DNA of 64,000 bases from NCBI GenBank assembly GCA_963827165.1, contig CAWGZR010000011.1:96001-160000 (forward strand). Direction: 5' to 3'. Under the pieces are notes generated by a model. The model made no database searches and was not told the origin of the DNA. It saw nothing but the letters and a program-made list of their open reading frames with translations. Source of the stretch: Candidatus Bathyarchaeota archaeon (GTDB lineage: Archaea; Thermoproteota; Bathyarchaeia; Bathyarchaeales; Bathycorpusculaceae). A program made the translations under genes and the position numbers. Shown here piece after piece: positions 1-9,246 of the stretch. Within the stretch, counting starts at the first letter, position 1; each line of letters opens with the position of its first letter.

Positions 1-216
1 CAAATCTTTGAGGCTGTTGAAAACGAATTTAATGTTAAACGCGGCGGATCTACCGCGGATGGAAAGCTCTCTCTTCTTATCACACGATGCATCGGCGCAT
101 GCGCGATGGCTCCTAACATTGTAATTGATGATGAAGTTGTGGGAAAAGCCACTAAAGAAATAGTTATAGCGAAAATAAAGAATGTGCTTGGAGGGGTTAA
201 ACCTGAACGTCTCTGA
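1..216 (+). CDS. hoxE: HoxE/NuoE-like 2Fe-2S diaphorase subunit, C-terminal part (truncated by window edge)
   Basis: Frame 1 reads QIFEAVENEFNVKRGGSTADGKLSLLITRCIGACAMAPNIVIDDEVVGK...PERL*. It has the NuoE CxGxC(A)xAP motif and lies directly upstream of hoxF. Confidence 0.85.
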   Translation, partial: QIFEAVENEFNVKRGGSTADGKLSLLITRCIGACAMAPNIVIDDEVVGKATKEIVIAKIKNVLGGVKPERL

Positions 217-1850
217 TATCCAACGAATAGCTGAGCATGAACTTGATTTTCAAAGAGCTTACAAATACCGTATTAATGTTTGCTGCTCAAGCGGCTGCGT
301 CCCATTTGGCGCACTAAAAGTGCTCTCAGCTTTCGAGGCCGCAGTCAGAGAATTGGGCGTGGATAATGAATGCAAAGTCGCGCGTACCGGTTGCATCGGC
401 ACATGTTCCGTCGGTCCCGCCGTACTAATCGAACCTGGAGACTACCTGTACCAAAACGTAACTCCTGAATCGGTTAGACAAATAGTTCGTGACCACATAG
501 TTCTAGGATTACCTGTCAAGAACATGCTGTACAAGAACGAAGCGTACTTCAAGAAGCAGCATCGGCTTGTTTTGAGAAACGCAGGGAAAATTGACCCGCT
601 TAGAATTCAGGATTATATCTCTGCAGGTGGCTACTCTGCAATTGTTAAATGCTTAACATCCCTGAACCCCCAAGCCGTAATTGCCGAGGTGGTAGCGAGT
701 GGTCTTCGAGGCAGAGGCGGCGCTGGTTTCCCAACTGGGCAAAAATGGACGTTGGTGTCAAGGGCACTGGGAAGCCCCAAGTACATGGTAGCAAATCTTG
801 ATGAGGGGGATCCTGGTGTCTTTGCAAATAGAACTTTGGCTGAGGCTGACCCGCATGCTATAATCGAAGGCATGCTCATTGCTGCGTTCGCCATTGGCGC
901 AGAGAAAGGCTACGTTTACATTAGGTCTGAATATCCCTTAGCAATCCAAACTTTGGTGAAGGCAATTGATCAGGCGAAAGTTATGTCATTGCTCGGCGAT
1001 AACATATTGGGAACCAACTTCAAATTTGACCTTGAATTGCGTTTCGGTGCAGGCGCTTTTGTCGCAGGCGAGGAAACGGCAATTCTCAGCTTCAGTGGAA
1101 GGTCAAAGAGCAATGCCTCGTCCCCGTCCACCTTACCCAGCGAACTCTGGCTTATGGAAAAAGCCCACACTTATCCAGAACGTTGAAACATTCGCAAACA
1201 TCCCCCAAATTATACAAAATGGCGGTGCATGGTTCGCGAAAACAGGCACACAGAAATGCTCAGGAACCAAGTGCTTTTCTTTAACGGGCAAAGTCAATAA
1301 TCCAGGATTAATCGAAGTGCCCATGGGAATCACGCTCAGAGAAGTCGTTTTCGAAATCGGCGGCGGCGTTGCGAAAGACCGAAAATTCAAAGCTGTCCTA
1401 GTAGGCGGCCCCTCGGGCGGTTGCCTTCCAGAAACACTGCTGGACCTGCCGATTGACTACGAATCATTAACGAAGGCTGGAGCAATCATGGGTTCAGGAG
1501 GCATAGTTGTGCTCGACGACGAATCCTGCATGGTTGACACTGCACGGTTCTTCACCGATTTCTGCGTTGACGAATCGTGCGGCAAATGCACACCATGCAG
1601 AGCTGGCTTAGCGCGAGTCAAAGAAATATATGACCAAATTACTTCAGGCGCTGGAAAAATGGATGACATCACCAGTCTGGAGAAATCAGGAGTATTGATA
1701 CGTGATGGAAGCCTATGCGGTCTTGGGCAAACAGCACCTAATCCAGTTCTGACAACACTCAGATACTTTAAAGAAGAGTACATCGAACACATCGTCGAAA
1801 AGAAATGCGAAGCAGGTAAATGCTTCAAGAAGAATGAGGAGGAAGAATAA
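182..1850 (+). CDS. hoxF: HoxF/NuoF-like NAD(H)/FMN diaphorase subunit with N-terminal thioredoxin-like 2Fe-2S domain; split by a +1 frameshift near 1088
   Basis: GLRGRGGAGFPTG, NLDEGDPG and FVAGEETAIL lie in ORF 182-1186. The sequence continues as ASVEGQRAMPRPRPPYP...ESCGKCTPCR in ORF 966-1850, with one extra base in ATT CTC A GCT TCA. Confidence 0.9.
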
Positions 1851-1852
1851 GC

Positions 1853-2563
1853 ATGACCGCTTCAAATCTTCTTAAAATCAAAATAGACGGCGTTGAAGTC
1901 TCTGTTCCCGAAGGCATTACCATTCTGAAGGCGGCCAAATCAAACGGCATCGTTATTCCAACACTATGTTCGCTAGAAGGCTTGGCACCTTACGGCGGTT
2001 GTCGACTCTGTCTCGTTGAAATTGCTGGTTCACCAAAGCTTTTCCCAGCCTGCACAACGCCCGTGGGTCCGAACATGGAAATAACGACCAAATCAGACAA
2101 ATTAAAAGAAAGCCGCAAAATGGTTGTTCAAATGCTTCTCGCAGAGAGAACTCACATCTGCTCAGTTTGCGTCGCCAACGACCATTGCGAGTTGCAGGCC
2201 ATGGCTAAGGAGCTCGGGGTTGAACATGTGATGTTTGAGCGAAACTGGACATCTGACCCAGTTGATTCCACGCATGATTTCTTGGTTATTGACCGGAACC
2301 GATGTATCCTTTGTACTCGATGTATCCGTGTCTGCGACCAAATTGAGGGCGTTCACACGCTTGACCTTAAATTAAGAGGGAAAGATACTGAAGTAATAAT
2401 GGATCTTGACGAGAAATGGGCTAATTCTTGCAGCTGCACTTCCTGCCGAAAATGCGCAAAAGTCTGTCCGGTAGGTGCGATATACATTGAGGGAGAACCA
2501 ATAGATCACACCAAACGTAAAGATGTCGCCGAATTCGTCTTGGCAAGGAGGCAACACAAATGA
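1853..2563 (+). CDS. hoxU: HoxU Fe-S subunit of bidirectional hydrogenase
   Basis: IPTLC...CRLC, HxCxxC...CELQ and two CxxCxxCxxxC/CP motifs; operon position. Confidence 0.9.
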   Translation: MTASNLLKIKIDGVEVSVPEGITILKAAKSNGIVIPTLCSLEGLAPYGGCRLCLVEIAGSPKLFPACTTPVGPNMEITTKSDKLKESRKMVVQMLLAERTHICSVCVANDHCELQAMAKELGVEHVMFERNWTSDPVDSTHDFLVIDRNRCILCTRCIRVCDQIEGVHTLDLKLRGKDTEVIMDLDEKWANSCSCTSCRKCAKVCPVGAIYIEGEPIDHTKRKDVAEFVLARRQHK

Positions 2564-3102
2564 CCACGAATGCGAAAGTGAGAGTCGCAACCGTTTGGCT
2601 AAGCGGCTGTTCAGGCTGCCACATGTCATTCCTTGACCAAGATGAACGACTTGTCGATTTGGCAAAGGCGATCCAGCTGGTTTACAGCCCGATTGCTGAC
2701 GTCAAAGAATTCCCAGAAAACGTAGATGTTACGTTGATTGAGGGCGCCATAGCGAATGAAGAGCAGCTTCACATGCTTGAAAAGGTGAGAGCTCGAACCA
2801 AAGTTTTGATTTCTATGGGCGACTGCGCCGTAACAGGAAACGTAACTGCCTTGAGAAACTCTTGGCACCACAGTGACCAAGCCGTTCTGGAACGAGCATA
2901 CAAGGACAAAGCTGATTTGAACGCTGCAATCCCCACTGACGTACCCAAACTGCTGATTAAAGCTCGTCCTCTTCACGAGGCCGTCAAAGTCGATTTCTAC
3001 ATCCCCGGATGTCCGCCAAGTGCAGACCTGATTAACTATGTGTTAGTTGAGCTTTTGGCGGGACGAACGCCTAGAATGGAGGGTAAAACAAAATATGGTT
3101 AA
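2560..3102 (+). CDS. hoxY: HoxY small subunit of group 3d [NiFe] hydrogenase
   Basis: WLSGCSGCHMSFLD, GDCAVTGNV and IPGCPP; short single-cluster small subunit. Confidence 0.9.
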   Translation: MTTNAKVRVATVWLSGCSGCHMSFLDQDERLVDLAKAIQLVYSPIADVKEFPENVDVTLIEGAIANEEQLHMLEKVRARTKVLISMGDCAVTGNVTALRNSWHHSDQAVLERAYKDKADLNAAIPTDVPKLLIKARPLHEAVKVDFYIPGCPPSADLINYVLVELLAGRTPRMEGKTKYG

Positions 3103-4540
3103 TGCAGAAGAGAACACTAAACAAATCGTGATTAGCCCAGTTACACGAATAGAGGGGCACGCTCAAGTATCCATCTGCCTAAACTCCGATGACTCCGTGA
3201 AAGAAGCACGATTCCAAGTTACTGACTTTCGAGGCTTTGAAAAATTCACTGAGGGACGGCCGTTCTATGAAATGCCTAGTATCACGTCGAGGGCCTGCGG
3301 AATCTGCCCAGTAAGCCACTTGCTTGCTTCTGCCAAAGCCTGCGACGCAATCGTTGGAGTAACCCCGCCCCCGACCGCCATAAAGCTACGCCGCCTGATG
3401 CATATGGGCCAACTAATCCAGTCGCACGCATTGAACTTCTATCATCTCTCTGCGCCGGACCTTCTTTTTGGATTTGACTCTGATCCAGCAACAAGAAATG
3501 TTTTTGGCTTGATAGAGAAGGATCCGAAGCTCGCATTGCAAGGTGTTAAGCTTCGCAAATTCGGTCAAGAAATAATTGAGAAAGTTGCAGGTAAACGAAT
3601 TCACTCGAGCGAATGGATTCTTCCAGGCGGAGCGAAGTGGCCTCTTACTAAGGAAAAAGCTGATTATCTGAGAGCTAATTTGCCTGAGGCGTTGGAAAGT
3701 GCCCAGAAGACCTTGACTTTGTTCAAGAGCTGGCTGGGTAACTTTGATGATGAAGTGGAGAACTTTGGGAACTTCCCGAGCTATTACATGGGCCTTGTCA
3801 CAGCGGATGGCGGTCTTGAACATTACGATGGCACTTTGACTATAATGGACAATGATGGAACTGTGGTTGCAAGGTGCGTTGACCCAACAACTTACGGCGA
3901 CTTCGTCGGCGAAGCCGTCGAACCTTACTCGTTCATGAAGTTTCCGTACTTCAAAGCAGTCGGCTACCCCGAAGGCTTCTACAGAGTTGGCCCACTAGCA
4001 AGGCTTAACGTTGCGTCCCACTGCGACACTCCACTTGCAGACGAAGAATTGAAATGCTTCAAGAAACTCGGCAAAAACGGCGTCGTTCAAAGCACCTTCC
4101 ACTATCACTATGCGCGCCTTGTTGAGTTGCTGTTCTGTATTGAAAAGGCGCAGGAGCTGCTTGAAGACCCAGAAATTCTATCTGAACATGTTACTTCGAA
4201 GGCGTTGGTTAACAACTACGAGGGCGTTGGCGTCGCTGAAGCACCAAGAGGCACCTTGATCCACCACTACAAAGTTGATCCTCAAGGCATGATCACTTGG
4301 AATAATATGATTATCGCGACGGAACACAACAACATCGCCTACAACAGGGCAGTAACGCAGGTCGCCAAAAAATACGTGAAAGCAAAAACGTTGCAAGAAG
4401 GTATGCTGAATCGTGTGGAAGCTGTGATCCGGGCGTTTGATCCTTGCCTTAGCTGCGCGACCCATGCAGTCGGCCAGATGCCGCTTGACATAAAACTGTT
4501 TGATGTAGAGGGCAAACTTGTCGACCGCAAAACACGCTAA
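3095..4540 (+). CDS. hoxH: HoxH large subunit, group 3d [NiFe] hydrogenase
   Basis: TRIEGH, L1 RACGICPVSH and L2 FDPCLSCATH followed by a cleavable C-terminal extension. ATG 3095 lies downstream of GGAGG. Confidence 0.92.
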   Translation: MVNAEENTKQIVISPVTRIEGHAQVSICLNSDDSVKEARFQVTDFRGFEKFTEGRPFYEMPSITSRACGICPVSHLLASAKACDAIVGVTPPPTAIKLRRLMHMGQLIQSHALNFYHLSAPDLLFGFDSDPATRNVFGLIEKDPKLALQGVKLRKFGQEIIEKVAGKRIHSSEWILPGGAKWPLTKEKADYLRANLPEALESAQKTLTLFKSWLGNFDDEVENFGNFPSYYMGLVTADGGLEHYDGTLTIMDNDGTVVARCVDPTTYGDFVGEAVEPYSFMKFPYFKAVGYPEGFYRVGPLARLNVASHCDTPLADEELKCFKKLGKNGVVQSTFHYHYARLVELLFCIEKAQELLEDPEILSEHVTSKALVNNYEGVGVAEAPRGTLIHHYKVDPQGMITWNNMIIATEHNNIAYNRAVTQVAKKYVKAKTLQEGMLNRVEAVIRAFDPCLSCATHAVGQMPLDIKLFDVEGKLVDRKTR

Positions 4541-4550
4541 AACCCAACAA

Positions 4551-4568
4551 CTTTCTTTTTTCTTTTCA
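4551..4568 (+). terminator. Oligo-T archaeal terminator after the hox operon
   Basis: CTTTCTTTTTTCTTTTC immediately after the hoxH stop. Confidence 0.55.
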
Positions 4569-4661
4569 ATGATTAAACTGTAATCGACACAGCTACGATA
4601 ACAAAAGTACCCATCCGCAACGGACTATGTCAAATCGGAGTTGCTCTAACGGCAAAATCGG

Positions 4662-4823
4662 TTATCTTATTGCTTCGTCTATCCTTGAATCACGCCTTGT
4701 CCGCGTAACTTCCTTGAAAAGCTCCAAACACTCTTTTTTGGTGGGCGCTTCAATGCAGATGCTTCCGTAAGCTCCGATGTCAATCCTATATTTCTTTCCT
4801 TCACCCTCTTCTCCTTGAACCAT
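4662..4823 (-). CDS. Small hypothetical protein (53 aa), below the ORF-track cutoff
   Basis: MVQGEEGEGKEYRIDIGAYGSICIEAPTKKECLELFKEVTRTRRDSRIDEAIR*, with a purine-rich GAGGTAGGG upstream. Confidence 0.6.
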   Translation of the reverse strand: MVQGEEGEGKKYRIDIGAYGSICIEAPTKKECLELFKEVTRTRRDSRIDEAIR

Positions 4824-5052
4824 AATTTACCCTACCTCTTCCTTAAAGTTCCAGACTGATAATGCCCAGTTTCTTCGTGTGCGCTTATAAGCTTAATCCT
4901 TATGCACGAATATATCCAAAACAATACAGCGCCAAAACGATTACTAAAATCGCAGCTTTTTCCTCATTTTAACTTTTTTCTTGATGGTAAATTAAAAAGA
5001 GTTTATAAAATCGCTTCCTAACTTACAGAGTTGAAGGAGCGAGCGATAGGAC

Positions 5053-5244
5053 ATGAGCAGAAAAGAATCATGCGACAACACGGAATATACTTCTGGCTTC
5101 AAAATTACCCATGAAAAAGACGGTTGGTTTGTCGCTGTCAAAGGCGAATACAAGCTTAGAGCTAAATCAGCGAAAGAAATCGATGAAATGATAAAGAATT
5201 TCAATGAGCCAAAGAAAGTAGCTGGAGCAAGACGCAAACCGTAA
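5053..5244 (+). CDS. Small hypothetical protein (63 aa)
   Basis: ATG preceded by AGGA and a TTTATAA box; protein-like composition. Confidence 0.6.
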   Translation: MSRKESCDNTEYTSGFKITHEKDGWFVAVKGEYKLRAKSAKEIDEMIKNFNEPKKVAGARRKP

Positions 5245-5386
5245 CCATTATCAATTCCTCCTATAGAAAAATCGAGCTCTACCATTCCAGAGCTCATAGA
5301 TGATTTATTCCTGTTTCTCTTCGCTTTTACTCTGTGATGTCTCTGAGCGCAAGAAAAGATTTAATCATAACTTTAATATTGACCCG

Positions 5387-5596
5387 TTATTTTTGGTCGG
5401 GTTCAACTTTGACCGTAATGTTTGATCCCTTTATGCCAGCCAATGGCGGAAGGATGTGGGAGATAAATTGTTCTGCTTGCATGTTCGAACTGTGCCGTTT
5501 TGGCTGTATTCTTTCCAGCCGTCCTCTTCCTTTCGGAACTTTTTGTGTCCTCTTATCTTTCGACAGGATGTAGATAGTGCATTCTGAGTTTTTCAT
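5387..5596 (-). CDS. Small hypothetical protein, possibly with two compensating indels
   Basis: ATG with AAGGA upstream. The middle reads more naturally in a shifted frame (KFRKEEDGWKEYSQNGTVRTC). Confidence 0.5.
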   Translation of the reverse strand: MKNSECTIYILSKDKRTQKVPKGRGRLERIQPKRHSSNMQAEQFISHILPPLAGIKGSNITVKVEPDQK

Positions 5597-5633
5597 GATT
5601 ATTCCTTTTGTTGATTGGAATCGAAAATTTGGT

Positions 5634-6221
5634 TTATTGGGCTGTTCTTCTTGTGCCGCAGTTCGGGCAGGTTAGGGTGGTTTCAGGCTTTTCTGTTTGG
5701 CAGTATTGGCATGCAACGAGGCGCACTTTTGGTGGTTCGTTTTGGGGTTTTTCGTTTGGTGGGATGACTTGCAGAATAATTTCTTTGGTTGTTACGTCTG
5801 GTCTCCCGTGGACGGCAATAATCCCTTTGATTTCCCACTGGACATTGTCGGCTGCGGACATGAAGGTTGGGCGAGCGCCTGCAGGTATGGGTACTGTGAA
5901 TTGAAAGCTTTGGGTGACGCCGTTTGCAAGGTCGATGGCTTGGTTGCAGGGTGGTTTTGCTTGATAGAGGATGCGGTTTTCGGTTATTTGCCGGCTGACG
6001 ACCATTTTGAGCGCGGGGTCATACTCGGTTTTCATGATTTGCGCGGTTTCGGTGCATTTGATTTCGCAGCGGATTTCGTCTGCTTGGATTTCTTCATGCG
6101 GCGTAACTGTGATAGTTCCTTCTATGTTTTCGCCTAAGACGCCGTATTGGTCCGACAGTTGCAGGTTGACATCTGCTTTTGGAGCGATTAAGTGGCCTTC
6201 GAGTTTTTTTAGGAATCCCCT
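5634..6221 (-). CDS. SpoOM/arrestin-like beta-sandwich protein with C-terminal zinc ribbon; start codon reads AGG
   Basis: The frame is open upstream of the tracked ORF to AGG GGA TTC CTA AAA AAA ((M)GFLKKLEGHLIAPKADVNLQL...IEGTITV). It has FQFTVPIP...PTF...WEIK arrestin-like strands and CQYC...CPNCG. Confidence 0.65.
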   Translation of the reverse strand, partial: RGFLKKLEGHLIAPKADVNLQLSDQYGVLGENIEGTITVTPHEEIQADEIRCEIKCTETAQIMKTEYDPALKMVVSRQITENRILYQAKPPCNQAIDLANGVTQSFQFTVPIPAGARPTFMSAADNVQWEIKGIIAVHGRPDVTTKEIILQVIPPNEKPQNEPPKVRLVACQYCQTEKPETTLTCPNCGTRRTAQ

Positions 6222-6437
6222 GGGTACCGCATAATATTTTGAGTTGAGCGCTTAAAAGCTTTTTAGGAAATATAGGCGGCAAGAAGATTGTGTTGGACGG
6301 ATAGGCTTTTCAAAGATGGCTGTAATTGTTTCCTTTTGCGCGAAAGGCTGCCGCGGACTCCTCATAAGGTTTCACTTCTGGGGCTTGTTTTCGTCACGGT
6401 CTTCGGCTTCCACGTTAAGTCGAGGTGATGGCCGTCT

Positions 6438-6600
6438 GTTGACTTTAGTTGACGTTAATTGACTTTTGTTGACGTTAGTTGACGGTAGTCGACTTTTGCA
6501 GACGACAGTTGACGTTAGTAGACTTTAGTTGACGCAACCTGCAACCATTCCAAGCCCCATTCCAAAAAAGCAACCCAAAACACAAAGAAAATTTTTTCGC
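6438..6600 (+). repeat. Dispersed repeat copy A: ten 10-bp units (consensus GTTGAC[G/T]TTA) plus conserved tail
   Basis: GAC occurs exactly at 6441, 6451, ... 6531. It is followed by the tail TGACGCAACCTGCAACCATTCCAAGCCCCATTCCAAAAAAGCAACCCAAAACACAAAGAAAATTTT. Confidence 0.9.
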
Positions 6601-6816
6601 CCGTGTGAATAATTATATTTGCATCAAAAAACAACTAAAGATTTAAGGACTTATAATGTCAATGAGGCTTAAGTAAATCGGGAAAGGGGTATGGAAAAAC
6701 AAGATTGGCGACATGGAAGAATGATGTTTGGATTTACTGAAGATTTAAATGGTTGAGGCTGGCATTTTGGGTAAATAAGCATGTAAGGTGCTTCCTTACC
6801 AGTCAAGGCGAGTTAT

Positions 6817-7377
6817 ATGGCTGAGACAGCAGTTGTTAATCCTTCGGGTAAAGAGCCCATCAAAGCTTCTGAGATAGACCCCAAATTCAAGTATCAACTG
6901 CTAAAGATGCATGGAAGCGAGAAAATCCTCAAATGCTTCCAATGTGGAACCTGCACCTCAGACTGTCCCGTAGCAAGGTACAGTGACAGTTACCGCCCAA
7001 GAACACTTATCCACATGGCTCAACTTGGATTAAAAGACCGCGTTTTAAAAAGTGACACTTTATGGCTATGCGCAGCTTGCTTCACATGCACAGATCGATG
7101 CCCACAAGGCGTCGAAGTGGCAAGCGTAATCCGAGTTTTCCGCAATTTAGCCGTAGAAAACGGGTGCGTACCCCAAGTTTTCAAAGACCAAACCGCAAGC
7201 CTACTCGAATCAGGCTACGCCTACAAAATTCCAGATTTAAGGATTAAAAAACGCGAAGTCCAAGGGCTTCCACCTTTACCTAAAGGCAACCCAGAGAAAG
7301 TTAAGAAAGTCCTTAAAGACGTAAGGTTTATTGAATCCGTCCAGAAACCCGCAGGAGGACAAGCTGCTGGGCAGTAA
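6817..7377 (+). CDS. hdrC: Heterodisulfide reductase subunit C
   Basis: CFQCGTCTSDCP and LWLCAACFTCTDRCPQGV. Confidence 0.9.
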   Translation: MAETAVVNPSGKEPIKASEIDPKFKYQLLKMHGSEKILKCFQCGTCTSDCPVARYSDSYRPRTLIHMAQLGLKDRVLKSDTLWLCAACFTCTDRCPQGVEVASVIRVFRNLAVENGCVPQVFKDQTASLLESGYAYKIPDLRIKKREVQGLPPLPKGNPEKVKKVLKDVRFIESVQKPAGGQAAGQ

Positions 7378-8260
7378 ATACCTCATTTTCCTTGGCTGCG
7401 CTATTCCCTACCGCGTTTCAGCATATGAGATTTCCGCACGCAAAGTCCTCGCTAAACTCGACGTTGAATTGGTCGAGATGCCCGAGTTCAACTGTTGCGG
7501 CTTGCCTTTTGATCCTGTTAGCCACGAAACCATGCTTATTCTGGCTGCCAAAAACTTGGCGTTGGCAGAACAGCAAGGCTTGAATGTTCTCACGCTTTGT
7601 CCAGGCTGCGCTGGGTCTCTGAAGAAAACTAACAAAATCCTAAAAGAAGACAAAGCGCTGAAAGAGAAAATTAACCGTCACCTCAAAGAAGCGGGGTTGG
7701 AGTTCAAGGGAACCGTTGAGGCAAAGCATCTTTTGCAGGTGCTCAAAGAAGATGTGGGTATTGAAAAAATCAAAGCCTCAGTCACCAGACCACTATGTAT
7801 GCTCAAGGTCGCCGAACATAATGGCTGCCACATTTTAAGACCTAAACAATATATTGGTTTTGACGACCCGGAAGACCCGCAGACTCTCAAAACGCTAATC
7901 GAAGCAACGGGAGCTACATGCCTCGACTACATTGACGAAACTGAATGCTGCGGAGCGCCCAGCGTAGGAGTCAGCGACAAAATTGCTCTTCAACTCGCAA
8001 GAGATAAGCTCAACCACGTTAAGATGGTTGATGCACAAGCTTTAATCACGATTTGCCCGTTTTGCCACATAATGTACGATACAAATGAGCTTCGAATAGA
8101 GAAAACATTTAATGAAACCTATGGAATTCCCATACTCCACTACCCACAACTACTCGGGTTAGCAATGGGCTTAACTCCTGAAGAATTGGCCTTCGGCGAA
8201 CTCAGAGTAAACGCATCAAAAATAATAAAGCAAGTAACTGAGGAAGTATGCAAACAATGA
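7367..8260 (+). CDS. hdrB: Heterodisulfide reductase subunit B (CCG domains); probable CTG start
   Basis: FLGC, FNCCG, TLCPGC, HNGCH, ECCGA and ICPFCH motifs. GGAGG lies 8 nt before CTG 7367. Confidence 0.88.
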   Translation: MGSKYLIFLGCAIPYRVSAYEISARKVLAKLDVELVEMPEFNCCGLPFDPVSHETMLILAAKNLALAEQQGLNVLTLCPGCAGSLKKTNKILKEDKALKEKINRHLKEAGLEFKGTVEAKHLLQVLKEDVGIEKIKASVTRPLCMLKVAEHNGCHILRPKQYIGFDDPEDPQTLKTLIEATGATCLDYIDETECCGAPSVGVSDKIALQLARDKLNHVKMVDAQALITICPFCHIMYDTNELRIEKTFNETYGIPILHYPQLLGLAMGLTPEELAFGELRVNASKIIKQVTEEVCKQ

Positions 8261-9246
8261 GTAAAAACAAGTTGAAAATAGCCTTTTACTGGGCTGCAAG
8301 TTGCGGCGGCTGCGAAATAGCAGTCTTAGATTTGAACGAGAAAATCCTAGATGTGGTAGCATTAGCCGACATAGTTTTTTGGCCAGTAGCCATAGACGTC
8401 AAATACAAAGACGTCGAAAACATGCCTGACAAAGCCATCGACATCACATTCTTCAACGGATCCATCCGGAACTCAGAACAAGAACACATGGCAAAAGTGC
8501 TGAGGCAAAAATCCAAAACCCTCGTTGCCTTCGGCTCCTGCGCTCATCAAGGAAGCGTACCCGGACTAGCAAACCTGAACGACAAAAACGAGATTTTCGA
8601 GCAAGTCTACGTTAAAGACAAATCAAACGTTAATCCGCAGCTAACCATGCCTAAAACCCAAACCCAAGTGAAGGAAGGCACCCTCAAAATCCCCGAGTTC
8701 TACGACACAGTAAAAACTTTGGCCCAAACAGTCGACGTCGACTATTACCTTCCAGGTTGCCCACCTCCAGTCAAACTAATCGCGAGCGCAGTTGACGCTA
8801 TCGCAAGCGGCAAGCTACCGCCAAAAGGCTCAGTACTCGCCCCACTCAAAGCAGTATGCGACGAATGCCCACGAAAACGCGAAAACAAGAAAATCGACAA
8901 AATCTACCGTGTCTACGAGAAAACTCCTGAACCCGAAAAATGCCTGCTTGAACAGGGCATTCTCTGTATGGGACTTGCTACCAGAAGCGGCTGCGGCGCA
9001 CAATGCTTGAAGGTTGACATGCCTTGCACAGGCTGCGGTGGACCAGCTCCGAATGTGCCTGAACAAGGTGCAGCGATGATTTCTGCTTTAGCTTCGATTC
9101 TAGGGTACGAAGGTGAACCGGGAAAAACTACATATACTGAAAAAGAGATTGAACAGTTGCTTAGCCAAGTGAAAGATACCGTTGGCACATTTTATATGTA
9201 CAGTTTACCAGCGTCGATCTTGAAGAGAAAGGTGATTAAGAAATGA
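8257..9246 (+). CDS. mvhG: MvhG small subunit of group 3c [NiFe] hydrogenase
   Basis: WAASCGGCE, FGSCA, LPGCPP, VCDEC and CLLEQGILCMG...CGAQC...PCTGCGG. Confidence 0.9.
   Translation: MSKNKLKIAFYWAASCGGCEIAVLDLNEKILDVVALADIVFWPVAIDVKYKDVENMPDKAIDITFFNGSIRNSEQEHMAKVLRQKSKTLVAFGSCAHQGSVPGLANLNDKNEIFEQVYVKDKSNVNPQLTMPKTQTQVKEGTLKIPEFYDTVKTLAQTVDVDYYLPGCPPPVKLIASAVDAIASGKLPPKGSVLAPLKAVCDECPRKRENKKIDKIYRVYEKTPEPEKCLLEQGILCMGLATRSGCGAQCLKVDMPCTGCGGPAPNVPEQGAAMISALASILGYEGEPGKTTYTEKEIEQLLSQVKDTVGTFYMYSLPASILKRKVIKK

Noticed and set aside
6325-6375. Hammerhead ribozyme on the - strand (CTTATGAG...GAAAC)
   Set aside because: The core is CTTATGA, not CTGATGA, and stems I-III cannot be formed. Only a small CCTTT/AAAGG hairpin is present.
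6424-6445. Fluoride riboswitch (GGTGATGG)
   Set aside because: The complementary TTCACC/pseudoknot elements are absent and there is no fluoride exporter downstream.
6438-6537. CRISPR array
   Set aside because: The units are 10 bp and contiguous with no unique spacers, and there are no cas genes in the window.
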